Below, in pieces: positions 1 to 8,908 of a DNA stretch of 64,000 nt (position 1 is the stretch's first letter; every line of letters begins with the position of its first letter). Below the pieces are notes generated by a model that worked only from the letters and a program-made list of their open reading frames with translations, made no database searches and had not been told where the DNA came from. A program made the position numbers and the translations under genes. Origin of the DNA: Bacteroidota bacterium (GTDB lineage Bacteria > Bacteroidota > Bacteroidia > UKL13-3). The stretch covers positions 417 through 64,416 of the forward strand of contig JBKDBG010000033.1 of NCBI GenBank assembly GCA_046314755.1. Direction: 5' to 3'.

Positions 1-1059
1 CTTTTAAAAGAGATGTTTCCTCATGCAATTTGGTTTGACTTGTTGCTTTCTGATGTTTATGAACGACTCTCTAAAAATCCTTCAATACTCAGGGAAACTA
101 TTTTGGCACAACCCGAAGCCAATTTGGTGATTATTGATGAAATACAACGCATACCCGAATTGTTAAATGAAGTACATTGGAGTATTACAAACAAGGGCAT
201 ACAATTTATACTTAGTGGATCAAGTTCTAGAAAAATAATACGCGGTGGCTACAATCTTTTGGGTGGCAGGGCGCTTAGATACGAGTTATACCCATTGGTA
301 AGTAGCGAGATTCCAAATTTTGATTTATTAAGAGCGTTAAATAATGGCTTGTTACCTCGCCACTATTTAGCTGCCAACGCTAAAAAATTACTATCGGCAT
401 ATATTGGTAACTACCTTAAAGACGAGATAGCTGCAGAAGCAAAAATCAGGAACATACAATCGTTTGCTAAGTTTTTAGAGGCTGCTGCTTTTAGTAACGG
501 AGAGATGGTAAATTACGCGAACATTGCCTCTGATTGTGGCGTTTCTGCACCTACTGTAAAAGAGTATTTTCAAATACTGGAAGATACGTTGGTAGTTAGG
601 TTTGTTCCATCATACCAAAAGAAACCGAAAAGAAGAGTGATAACCGCACCTAAGTTTTATTTTTTTGATGTTGGTATCGTAAACTACTTGCTTAAGCGAG
701 GTAAAATTGAATTCGGAAGTGAAGTTTTTGGTAATGCTTTTGAGCACTTTGTTTACCACGAAATATACGCACACAGTCAATACTCCGGATTAGCGTATCC
801 AATTTCTTATTGGCGCACTGCATCACAAATTGAAGTTGATTTTATTTTGGGTGATAATGAAGTTGCTGTAGAAGTAAAATCCACCTCTAAGGTTTCTTCG
901 CGCCACTTATCGGGTTTAAAAAGTTTTGCTGAAGAATATAAAACCAAACAACTTATTTTAGTTTGTAACGAACCTTTGCCCAGGCTTATTGATAATATTT
1001 TGGTTTTACCCTGGAATGTTTTTTTACAAAAACTTTGGGCAGGAGAAATTATGAAGTAA
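1..1059 (+). CDS. AAA+ ATPase with DUF4143-type C-terminal domain, 5' end cut by the window edge
   Basis: The frame is open from nt 1. VIIDEIQRIPELL is a Walker-B-like motif, and the C-terminal EVDFIL...VAVEVKS motif is typical of AAA_14/DUF4143 ATP-binding proteins. No Walker A is visible, so the N-terminus lies upstream of the window. Confidence 0.75.
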   Translation, partial: LLKEMFPHAIWFDLLLSDVYERLSKNPSILRETILAQPEANLVIIDEIQRIPELLNEVHWSITNKGIQFILSGSSSRKIIRGGYNLLGGRALRYELYPLVSSEIPNFDLLRALNNGLLPRHYLAANAKKLLSAYIGNYLKDEIAAEAKIRNIQSFAKFLEAAAFSNGEMVNYANIASDCGVSAPTVKEYFQILEDTLVVRFVPSYQKKPKRRVITAPKFYFFDVGIVNYLLKRGKIEFGSEVFGNAFEHFVYHEIYAHSQYSGLAYPISYWRTASQIEVDFILGDNEVAVEVKSTSKVSSRHLSGLKSFAEEYKTKQLILVCNEPLPRLIDNILVLPWNVFLQKLWAGEIMK

Positions 1060-1093
1060 AGTTGATTTGACGTAAAACAGTATCTATTTACAC

Positions 1094-1447
1094 CTAAAAA
1101 ATCAACAGTTGTTTTTGCTTATTACGCCATCCTGCTTTGCTTTTGTATGGAGTGAAAAAAATACGTAAGTCGGCTTGAGAGGCATAGTCTACAAAAAATA
1201 ATTTTTTCCGTGCCTGAGAAGCATATTCCACAAAATGCCATAAACCTTCATTGCCTTTTGCTTCGCTTTTGTATTTTGCTTTGTACACCACCAAGTCAGC
1301 TTGACTTTCATACTCCACCACAAACACTTTTACATCTGCTTGTGAAGCATATTGAACTGAAAAAACGGTTTGGGCTGATGCGGTACAGGCGAAAAAAATA
1401 TGGTAGAAGAGCAATATTACGAACGAAATTTGTCTTCTTAAAATCAT
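1094..1447 (-). CDS. Small secreted protein built from tandem Y-x-SQAD-hydrophobic repeats
   Basis: The N-terminal signal peptide ends in ...CTASAQ. Four clear repeats are present (QYASQADVKVFVV, EYESQADLVVYKA, EYASQARKKLFFV, DYASQADLRIFFT) plus two degenerate KYKSEA/PYKSKA units. Confidence 0.6.
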   Translation of the reverse strand: MILRRQISFVILLFYHIFFACTASAQTVFSVQYASQADVKVFVVEYESQADLVVYKAKYKSEAKGNEGLWHFVEYASQARKKLFFVDYASQADLRIFFTPYKSKAGWRNKQKQLLIF

Positions 1448-1579
1448 TAATTTACCTAGTTAAAGTTTAGACAAATTTACTTTTTTAAAAAATATTATTC
1501 CTCTTTTATCAGCTCAATAGGAATTGTAATTGGAGCATTTTATTATCTAAATGGCGCAGGGGTTTTGATATAATTGGAT

Positions 1580-2011
1580 TTACTCCTTGCATAAAAGATT
1601 TGTAATAAAACCATAAATCCACCACTCTACATGAATCCCTTTACGCGTTTGAATCGCAGTATATATAGTAGTTGCAAATTCCAATAGATTGAATAATAAA
1701 GCCACACCAACATAAATCATGTAGCTAGTTGATACTTGTTCATTAGTAAGCAGTATTGAAATTGACCACCAGAAACCATAACTATTTATGAGTAATATTG
1801 ATACTTGGGATAAAAGTGCTTGTGTACAATGCCATCTCACAAAATAAGTTGAGTTTCTATTTCCTAAATAAAAAATCAATGTGGCAAGTAGGTTTACAAT
1901 TGGTAGTGGGAGACCCACAATGATAGCAACTAATGACATCAAATAACTATTCGATGCAGATTCCGCCTCATGATCATCAGGTTCATAGTCAAAGTTACTT
2001 TCGGTAATCAT
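1580..2011 (-). CDS. DUF4870-like integral membrane protein
   Basis: Four hydrophobic helices. The motif PLPIVNLLATLIFYLGNRNSTYFVRWHCTQALLSQ resembles the DUF4870 core. A 4-nt ATGA overlap links it to the upstream gene. Confidence 0.6.
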   Translation of the reverse strand: MITESNFDYEPDDHEAESASNSYLMSLVAIIVGLPLPIVNLLATLIFYLGNRNSTYFVRWHCTQALLSQVSILLINSYGFWWSISILLTNEQVSTSYMIYVGVALLFNLLEFATTIYTAIQTRKGIHVEWWIYGFITNLLCKE

Positions 2012-2424
2012 ATATTCTTAAACATATTCCAAATCCAATTCATCATAATAAGAAAAATAAATGCATATGCATTCTTTATCTTGAGTAATGATTTTTCAAA
2101 TTGGATGTATGCAAAATAGAAAGAGCTGCGTTTGAATATGAAATCGTTTATAATCCATAATGGCAATACCAGCATAAGCGAAAAAACAATTAACCCAATC
2201 GGATTGAAAATTAATGAATCTATTATTTCACCCTTTAATAGGAGGAAAATTGCTCTAGTAGTGCCACAGGACGGACAGGGTATATTTGTTAATTTCTTAA
2301 TCAAACATCCACCAACAAAATTATTATTTGATTGAACGTCCAATGAAAAAATATAAAGCCAAATATACCCGGTCATACAAGCTATAAATAATAATAGGTA
2401 TAGCCTATTCCTGTGATGTAGCAT
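2008..2424 (-). CDS. DUF2752 domain membrane protein
   Basis: CPSCGTTRA motif followed by TM helices. I trimmed the ORF to the ATG at 2424, which overlaps the TM2 gene stop (TAATG), instead of the longer track ORF that overlaps the TM2 gene by 100 nt. Confidence 0.7.
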   Translation of the reverse strand: MLHHRNRLYLLLFIACMTGYIWLYIFSLDVQSNNNFVGGCLIKKLTNIPCPSCGTTRAIFLLLKGEIIDSLIFNPIGLIVFSLMLVLPLWIINDFIFKRSSFYFAYIQFEKSLLKIKNAYAFIFLIMMNWIWNMFKNI

Positions 2425-2762
2425 TAATTTATAAATTGTTGTATTTTTTGTAGGTTTTTTTGTCTGGTAGCTTTTTGAATCATAAACCAATCTACTATTG
2501 ACCATACGCCAATTCCTCCACAAGTAAGGAGTTTACCTATACCAAGTCCGGTGTCTCCAATCATAAAGCGATCAATACCTAACCCACCAATTAAAATTGA
2601 AACAATAAGTGTAGTTGTGGGGTCTTTAAATTGAATTGCAGATAAGGTTGCCCATTTGTTTTCATCTAAAGCCAAAAGTCGCTCTCTAATCATAGCGACT
2701 TGATGACTCTCAAAAAATTTTCCATTTGACATAATAAACATGTCAACTTTTTGTGCGTCCAT
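2424..2762 (-). CDS. TM2 domain-containing membrane protein
   Basis: C-terminal GGLGIDRFMIGDTGLGIGKLLTCGGIGVWSIVDWFMI is the classic TM2 two-helix motif. It is the first gene of a three-gene coupled operon. Confidence 0.8.
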   Translation of the reverse strand: MDAQKVDMFIMSNGKFFESHQVAMIRERLLALDENKWATLSAIQFKDPTTTLIVSILIGGLGIDRFMIGDTGLGIGKLLTCGGIGVWSIVDWFMIQKATRQKNLQKIQQFIN

Positions 2763-2780
2763 TTTTTATTTAATAATTAT

Positions 2781-2880
2781 GGTTCATCCTACTCATTAGG
2801 CTTTTCGGTTACGCCCTTGGTTTTTTGCCTAACCAAGATGGCCGTTTTTTTACGTGGGTTCTGCTCCAACCTGAGCATTT
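2781..2880. other. GC-enriched structured intergenic segment between the TM2 operon and the XRE gene
   Basis: CTTGG/CCAAG stem (2816-2820 / 2833-2837). The TTAGGC/GCCTAA pairing is nested so that a pseudoknot is possible. CCTA/TAGG hairpin. On the plus strand a GCC-CTTGG...CCAAG-GGC stem is followed by T7 (2845-2851). Confidence 0.3.
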
Positions 2881-3005
2881 CATTTAGGGTTTGTTTTACG
2901 AAGCTATTATTTTCAATTTAATTATCAAAATAATAATAAATATTACCTAATTAATATCTAAATTAACATATTGTAAATGATTTATTTACCTATTTGCATC
3001 TTGTT

Positions 3006-3368
3006 ATGCATCTTGGTCTTCACATAAAAATGGCACGCATGAGCAAAGGGCTCACACAAGAAGACCTTGCAGAAAAAATCAATAAAACTCGGCCCCTAAT
3101 AAGCAGCATTGAACAAACCGGTAAGGTTAATTATTACACGCTCGCCAAAATTTGTGAAATACTGGAAGTGGATGCAAACGATTTAATCAGCATGGCTGAA
3201 GACAAAAAGCTGACCTATAAAAACAAGCAGCAAACTCCACAAACAGAACATATCAAACAACTAGAAAAACAAATTGAACAGCTTCAATTTATTATTCAAT
3301 CACAGCAAGAATTAATTGGTGCCTTAAAAGAAAAACTTAGCGAAACCCAACCAACAAAAAGCGAATAA
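3006..3368 (+). CDS. XRE-family helix-turn-helix transcriptional regulator with a C-terminal coiled coil
   Basis: GLHIKMARMSKGLTQEDLAEKINKTRPLISSIEQTGK matches the HTH_3 pattern. I prefer the ATG at 3006 to the TTG at 2994. The C-terminal tail is rich in Q/E/L heptads. Confidence 0.8.
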   Translation: MHLGLHIKMARMSKGLTQEDLAEKINKTRPLISSIEQTGKVNYYTLAKICEILEVDANDLISMAEDKKLTYKNKQQTPQTEHIKQLEKQIEQLQFIIQSQQELIGALKEKLSETQPTKSE

Positions 3369-3896
3369 AAAACAAGTGCTTCTTCCCTATTTCGCTAGTC
3401 ACACGCAAAGGATTATGCTTGCTTCAATTTTAGTATTTGATTAAAATCAGAATGGGAATTTATGTGCCAATAATCAATATAAACTGCTGAAATAAAGACA
3501 TTTAAAAACAAATGTGGTTGATAAAGGGAAATTGATAATATGCAATAAGGAAAATGAGCACCATGCTCCAATTTTATCCTTCAATTCAAATCCAGTTTTT
3601 ACAAAACTATTGATAAAATCTATAATGTTAAGGGTAAGCATCACCGAAGTCAAGCATCATTGGTTGAGTTTTTTGTCATTAAATCAACCTTAAATTCAGA
3701 GGTGTTTTTATTGGATTTGACATATCTCATTCATGGAATTTAAATAATCATTTAATTGAACTTATTCATTTGTATTTCAATTTATTACAACCAAACTTTT
3801 GCTTACTCAAAAGTACCCTGTTTCATCCATCATTTAGGTAGAATAACTTACAGTTAAGTTAACAAATGAACAAACTCTACTTAACTAATTTTTTCT

Positions 3897-6800
3897 ATGA
3901 AAAAGAAAGTAAATCTTTTGATAATGCTGTGGTTGTTTGCCGCACCATTGTCTTTTGCTCAAGGGCTGCGGCTTATTAAGGGCAAAGTAACCGATGGCAA
4001 GGAGCCCATTATTGGCGCTTCTGTTTACACTAAATGCAGTAATAAAAAAGCGAATTCCGGTGTTGTTACCGACTTGGAAGGAAACTTTGTATTGAGCGTT
4101 GCTGATACGGGTTGTTCCGTATTAATTTCTTATTTGGGAATGAAAACCAAAGAAATCACTCTTGACCCTAAAAAGGACAATTACGATGTACAATTGGAAA
4201 AGGATCCGCTCATGTTAAATGAGGCCAGGGTAACCGCCATTGGTGATAAAAGAAGCAATCGAAAAATTGGTTATTCATCATCGAACGTGCAAGGCCAAAA
4301 TCTAGCACAATCCGGTGAGGGTGGCGTTATTCAAGGTTTATCAGGCAAAGCGTCAAACGTACAAATTACAAGAAACACAGGCGACCCTGGTGCAGGTGCC
4401 TACATTCAAATTCGTGGACAAAGCACCATTACCGGAAATTTACAGCCGCTTGTTGTGGTTGATGGTATTCCGGTGAGTAACTCAAGTTTTGGCGGTGGTA
4501 CAGGAAGTGATCCTACCTCAGCCGTTGTGCAACAATCGCGCTTAAACGACTTAAATCCGGAAGACATTGCATCGGTAGAAATTTTGAAAGGTGCTGCTGC
4601 TGCTGCCGTATGGGGAACAAGGGCTGCAAATGGGGTAATTTTAGTAACCACCAAAAAAGGTCGTCCGGGCAAAAAAGGAAACTTAAATGTGGAGATTAAC
4701 AGCACCATGGCGCTTGATTATGTGAATAGAGAATTTGAAAAACAAAGTACATACGGACAAGGAAGTGGTGGTGCATTTATTGCCAACAATCCATTAAGTT
4801 GGGGTGATAAAATTAGCAGCCGTGCCGGTGGTGAAGATGCGGTAAATACAACAGGTGCAAGATTTGTAGCAGAAGATGGTACTGTATATTATCCCATCAC
4901 TGCCAAAAATAGCAGAAACACTTACAATGATGCCAACCGTGATCAAGTGTTTAGAACAGGTATTACCTTTAACAACAACATTACCATTTCATCAGCAAAT
5001 GAAAAAAGCAGTATTTACTTTAACGTGGCTGATTGGAATCAACAAGGTGTGCTTAACGGATTATCAGATTACAGAAGAACTTCAGGCAGGTTAAACTACA
5101 CCCAAAACATCAACAATAAGTTGCAAATAGGCATGAATACGTTTGTATCGAAAATATTCTCAAACCGTATTCAACAAGGTTCGAATTTAGATGGTTTGTA
5201 TTTGGGCTATTTAAGAACCTCACCTGATTTTGACAACACTGATTACAAAGGAACTTATTTTAATGCAGCAGGTGTAGCTACCTTTAATGCTCACCGCGGT
5301 TACAGAAGATACTTGGGTAATGCGGCACCAACTTACAATAATCCTGGATGGACACTAAACGAACAAACCAACACCAGTGATGTGATTCGTTTTATTGCCA
5401 CACCTGAAGTTAAGTGGGAGTGGATGCCAAAATCTGAGTTAACGGTAAGAGCCGGTTATGATGTTTCTAACGACAGAAGAATCACCTATTTCCCTTTCAA
5501 CTCTGCAGCAACCGCAGCAACCGGTTACTTTGCCGATGAGTTTATTAAACAATCGGAATTAAGTTTCCATGCCTACAATAAAAATAGTTTTGAGGTGAAT
5601 AATGATTTTCAAATCAACACCACAGTAGGTTATTTGTACACAGATAGAAGCTTGTACAGCATTGGTGGTATTGCCAATCAATTCATCATCCGTAACCAAG
5701 ATAAATTTGCGTTTATCAATTCAACCAGTGCCAATCAAAATCCGTTTAACAGTGTAAGCACCATATTAAATAATAGAGCTTATGCCATTGTTGATTTTGA
5801 TTTGTATGATAAAATATTTGTTCAAATCACAGGAGCTTCCGAAGCTGCAAGTACTTTTAAAGACAGGTTTTTTTATCCAAGTGCAACGGTTGCGTATGAA
5901 TTCACCAAAGACATCTTAAAAGATAACCGTATTTTAAGTTATGGTAAACTTCGTGGTTCATGGGGTATGGTTGGTGTTGAGCCTCCTGCTTATATTTGGA
6001 ATACCAATTATGTAAATGCCATTGCAGCCTCATCATGGGGTGAAACTTTAGAAGGCAGCCAATTTGGAGGTTCAGTAATCAGAAGCAGTACACAAGGAAA
6101 TCCAAACATCAAACCGGAACAAAAAACAGAAATTGACTTTGGTGCTGATTTGAAATTTTTACAAAACATTGTTTCATTAAGTGCTACTTACTACCAAAAC
6201 AAAACTACGGATGCGATTTTCGCAGTTGATGTTCCTGCTTCAACAGGATTTACCAGCAAGTGGGCAAATGCAGCAACCATTAGCAACAAAGGTTTTGAAG
6301 CAGAAATAAACATCAAAGCATTAGAACGTAAAGATTTAATCATTAACGTTTACGGAAACATCGGTTCAAACAAAAACTTAGTAGAAGACATTAGCGGTGT
6401 TCAATCTATCTTCCTTGATGGTTTCACAGGAACTTCTTCTAGAGCGGTTCAAGGCCATGCCCTTGGTGCATTTTGGGGAGTAAAATGGGATCGCAATGCG
6501 GATGGTTCTCTTAAACTAGATGCAAACGGATTCCCAACTGCTGCTGCTACAGAAAGCGTAATTGGTGATCCAAACCCTACTTACAGAGCAGGTTTCGGTT
6601 CGAATTTAAGTTGGAAAGGTTTTACCATGAACATCTTATTTGAAACCTCACAAGGCAATCAAATGTGGGCAGGTACTTACGGTGTATTAAACTACTTTGG
6701 TATCAACCCGGAAACAGCTAATGAAGTTACTGTTTCAGCAACAGAGGCAGCGAATATTAAAAACTACAATGGTGTTGCGGTAGATCAACTTGTTACGCCA

Positions 6801-7175
6801 AACAGTGATGGTTCATTTACGCTACGCGGCAACTTAAAAGATTTTGGTGCTGGTCAAGTATTACTTGATGAAGCTTGGTATACCGGATTAGGCGGTGGCT
6901 TTGGACCGGTATCAGAACAATTTATTGTTGATGCATCATGGGTAAGGTTAAGAGAATTGAGTTTATCGTATGCCATTCCTACTAAATATACCAAAAAGGT
7001 AGGCTTAAGCGGAGTAAGCGTTGGGTTTACCGGTCGTAATTTATTGTTATGGTCAAGCGTAGATGGTATAGATCCTGAATTAAATTTAACCGGTACTTCT
7101 AATGGAAGAGGCTTAGATTATTTTACCAATCCGGGCACACGCTCTTACATTTTTAACTTAAGAATTAATTTATAA
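3897..7175 (+). CDS. SusC/RagA-family TonB-dependent outer-membrane transporter
   Basis: 1092 aa. It has a signal peptide, an N-terminal carboxypeptidase-regulatory-like domain (IKGKVTD...PIIGASV), a plug domain and a terminal beta-barrel ending in ...YIFNLRINL. It lies directly upstream of a SusD-like gene. Confidence 0.95.
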   Translation: MKKKVNLLIMLWLFAAPLSFAQGLRLIKGKVTDGKEPIIGASVYTKCSNKKANSGVVTDLEGNFVLSVADTGCSVLISYLGMKTKEITLDPKKDNYDVQLEKDPLMLNEARVTAIGDKRSNRKIGYSSSNVQGQNLAQSGEGGVIQGLSGKASNVQITRNTGDPGAGAYIQIRGQSTITGNLQPLVVVDGIPVSNSSFGGGTGSDPTSAVVQQSRLNDLNPEDIASVEILKGAAAAAVWGTRAANGVILVTTKKGRPGKKGNLNVEINSTMALDYVNREFEKQSTYGQGSGGAFIANNPLSWGDKISSRAGGEDAVNTTGARFVAEDGTVYYPITAKNSRNTYNDANRDQVFRTGITFNNNITISSANEKSSIYFNVADWNQQGVLNGLSDYRRTSGRLNYTQNINNKLQIGMNTFVSKIFSNRIQQGSNLDGLYLGYLRTSPDFDNTDYKGTYFNAAGVATFNAHRGYRRYLGNAAPTYNNPGWTLNEQTNTSDVIRFIATPEVKWEWMPKSELTVRAGYDVSNDRRITYFPFNSAATAATGYFADEFIKQSELSFHAYNKNSFEVNNDFQINTTVGYLYTDRSLYSIGGIANQFIIRNQDKFAFINSTSANQNPFNSVSTILNNRAYAIVDFDLYDKIFVQITGASEAASTFKDRFFYPSATVAYEFTKDILKDNRILSYGKLRGSWGMVGVEPPAYIWNTNYVNAIAASSWGETLEGSQFGGSVIRSSTQGNPNIKPEQKTEIDFGADLKFLQNIVSLSATYYQNKTTDAIFAVDVPASTGFTSKWANAATISNKGFEAEINIKALERKDLIINVYGNIGSNKNLVEDISGVQSIFLDGFTGTSSRAVQGHALGAFWGVKWDRNADGSLKLDANGFPTAAATESVIGDPNPTYRAGFGSNLSWKGFTMNILFETSQGNQMWAGTYGVLNYFGINPETANEVTVSATEAANIKNYNGVAVDQLVTPNSDGSFTLRGNLKDFGAGQVLLDEAWYTGLGGGFGPVSEQFIVDASWVRLRELSLSYAIPTKYTKKVGLSGVSVGFTGRNLLLWSSVDGIDPELNLTGTSNGRGLDYFTNPGTRSYIFNLRINL

Positions 7176-7177
7176 TA

Positions 7178-8527
7178 ATGAGGTTTATGAAAAAGTACGT
7201 ATATAAATCTATGGTTGGAATCACTGCATGTATGTTGTTGGTTTCATCATGCACAAAGGACATTAATGAAATAAATGAGTCCAACCCGAATCAGTTTACC
7301 GATTCCGACCCTACATTAATGATTACAGGTGCGCAATTGGCCAATGTGATGTTGAATGAAGGAGATGCTGCACGTTTATCGGGAATCTTTTCAGGGCACT
7401 TTAAAGGAGCCGACAGACAATATGTTTCTTACAGTAACTATGTTGTTACATCAGGCGATTTTGATGCATCATGGTCAAACTTGTATTCAAATGGTTTAGG
7501 CCAATGCCGGTTAATTCGCACCAAAGCTGCCGCTGCAAAAAACAATGTGCTTGAAGGCGTTGCTGCAATTACCGAAGCAAATTTGTTGTTAACAGGAGCG
7601 TCACTTTGGGGTGATATCCCAAACAGCCAAGCTTGTAACCCTGAAACATACAGCCAACCTGATTTTGATAACATGAGCAGTGTATATGATTACTGCATTA
7701 CATTGTTAGAAAATGCATCTACTTTAGTTGGAGCATCATCAAATTACAGCAGCGCTTATGCAGGTTCATTTGTTTGGAGTGAAGTTGCCAATTCATTAAA
7801 AGCTCGTGCACATTTGCATAAAGGTGAATACCAAAAAGCAATTGATGCTGCAACCAATGGTATTGCCATGGGTAATGATTTAATGGCTAATCACTCAGCC
7901 AATGTACCCGGAGCATGGAATTTGTATTATGATTTTTTAGATTGGAATCGTGCCGGTTATATGACTGCTGCCGGTTCACATTTAGAAAGTTTACTTGATT
8001 CTAGTTCAACCAATCCGAACTACAGAGGAAATGCAAAAACAGATGAAGTTGCCAGATATGCTTACTACTACACCGGTGACGGATATACCGCAGTTGATCC
8101 AAATTGGATTGATGGTCCGTTTGCATCGGGCGCTAATTTTCCATTGGTAAGTTATATTGAAAACGAACTGATATTGGCGGAGTGTTTTTGGCGCGTTTCT
8201 GATTTCACAAAAGCGTTGGAACATTTAAACAAGGTGCGTTATTTCAACGACTCTATTTTTGGAGGATTTGATCAATATGTAGCAGCCGACTTTGCCGACA
8301 ACAATGCCTTGCTAAAAGAAATTTTAGTAGAAAAGTATGTGAGTTTGTACGGACAAATTGAAGCATTTAATGATGTGCGCAGAACCAATAATTTAATTGG
8401 AGTGAAGCCTTACACAGGAACAACTTTACCTCAAAGATTTTTGTATCCGCAATCAGAAATTAACACCAATACCAATGCAAACAAATATTTAAAACCACTT
8501 AGTGAGAAACTGGGTTTATGGCCTTAA
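7178..8527 (+). CDS. SusD/RagB-family nutrient-binding outer-membrane lipoprotein
   Basis: Lipoprotein signal ...MLLVSSC. Its size and its position 3 nt after susC fit the family. An alternative start lies at 7187. Confidence 0.85.
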   Translation: MRFMKKYVYKSMVGITACMLLVSSCTKDINEINESNPNQFTDSDPTLMITGAQLANVMLNEGDAARLSGIFSGHFKGADRQYVSYSNYVVTSGDFDASWSNLYSNGLGQCRLIRTKAAAAKNNVLEGVAAITEANLLLTGASLWGDIPNSQACNPETYSQPDFDNMSSVYDYCITLLENASTLVGASSNYSSAYAGSFVWSEVANSLKARAHLHKGEYQKAIDAATNGIAMGNDLMANHSANVPGAWNLYYDFLDWNRAGYMTAAGSHLESLLDSSSTNPNYRGNAKTDEVARYAYYYTGDGYTAVDPNWIDGPFASGANFPLVSYIENELILAECFWRVSDFTKALEHLNKVRYFNDSIFGGFDQYVAADFADNNALLKEILVEKYVSLYGQIEAFNDVRRTNNLIGVKPYTGTTLPQRFLYPQSEINTNTNANKYLKPLSEKLGLWP

Positions 8528-8555
8528 TCATTTTGTGAATTAGTTTTGATCAAAC

Positions 8556-8587
8556 AAAAAAGCCGCTTCATGCGGCTTTATTGTTTT
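8556..8587 (+). terminator. Rho-independent terminator after the SusD-like gene
   Basis: AGCCGC / GCGGCT stem (8561-8566 / 8572-8577) with a TTCAT loop, followed by a T-rich tract. Confidence 0.7.
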
Positions 8588-8708
8588 GTGTTGATGTGTC
8601 TTGTATTTCCTTTATTCTCCAATGCGGGCTTACCGATGTTAAATCTGTTGAACATCCTTCGTACAGCTAGTACATTTGAATAAACTTCTCGCTACAAATT
8701 TATTGAAT

Positions 8709-8744
8709 AAAAAAAACCACCCCGAGTACTCGGGGTGGCTTTTG
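8709..8744 (-). terminator. Rho-independent terminator downstream of tRNA-Asn
   Basis: Perfect palindrome CCACCCCGAGTACTCGGGGTGG. On the minus strand it is followed by a U8 run (A8 at 8709-8716 on the plus strand). Confidence 0.75.
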
Positions 8745-8750
8745 GACTTG

Positions 8751-8824
8751 CTCCCCGACCTGGGCTCGAACCAGGGACCTAGTGATTAACAGTCACTCGC
8801 TCTAACCAACTGAGCTATCGAGGA
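8751..8824 (-). tRNA. tRNA-Asn (anticodon GTT)
   Basis: A 74-nt cloverleaf folded by hand. Acceptor TCCTCGA/TCGGGGA, D arm GCTC-AGTTGGTTA-GAGC, anticodon arm AGTGA-CTGTTAA-TCACT, T arm CCTGG-TTCGAGC-CCAGG, discriminator G. CCA is not encoded. Confidence 0.95.
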
Positions 8825-8861
8825 ATATTTTCCGATTTATTTTAAGCCAGAGTTTGTTTTT

Positions 8862-8908
8862 ACTCGCTCTAACCTCCCGATAGCTATCGGGATGAGCTAT
8901 CGAGGAAT
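8862..8908 (-). pseudogene. Truncated tRNA-Asn 5' fragment (acceptor 5' strand plus D arm) with an 18-nt palindromic insert
   Basis: A 16-nt block (8893-8908) is identical to 8811-8826 and a 13-nt block (8862-8874) is identical to 8795-8807. The 3 nt between the blocks in the real tRNA are replaced by TCCCGATAGCTATCGGGA. No anticodon or T arm follows. Confidence 0.6.

Noticed and set aside
2424-2523. The upstream part of the 171-aa DUF2752 ORF, which overlaps the TM2 gene by 100 nt
   Set aside because: The internal ATG at 2424 gives a TAATG stop/start junction with the TM2 gene and a normal DUF2752 length. The extension is basic, low-complexity read-through of the other frame.
2781-2880. A possible fluoride (crcB) or c-di-GMP-I riboswitch in the TM2 leader, based on AACCG...GCCUAAUGA and GGCAAA...GCGUAA...AAAGCC fragments
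   Set aside because: Only short partial matches are present. The 5' GAUGG / P1 elements of the fluoride motif and the GEMM tetraloop-receptor pattern are absent, and the downstream genes are not typical targets. I kept it only as an unclassified structured region.
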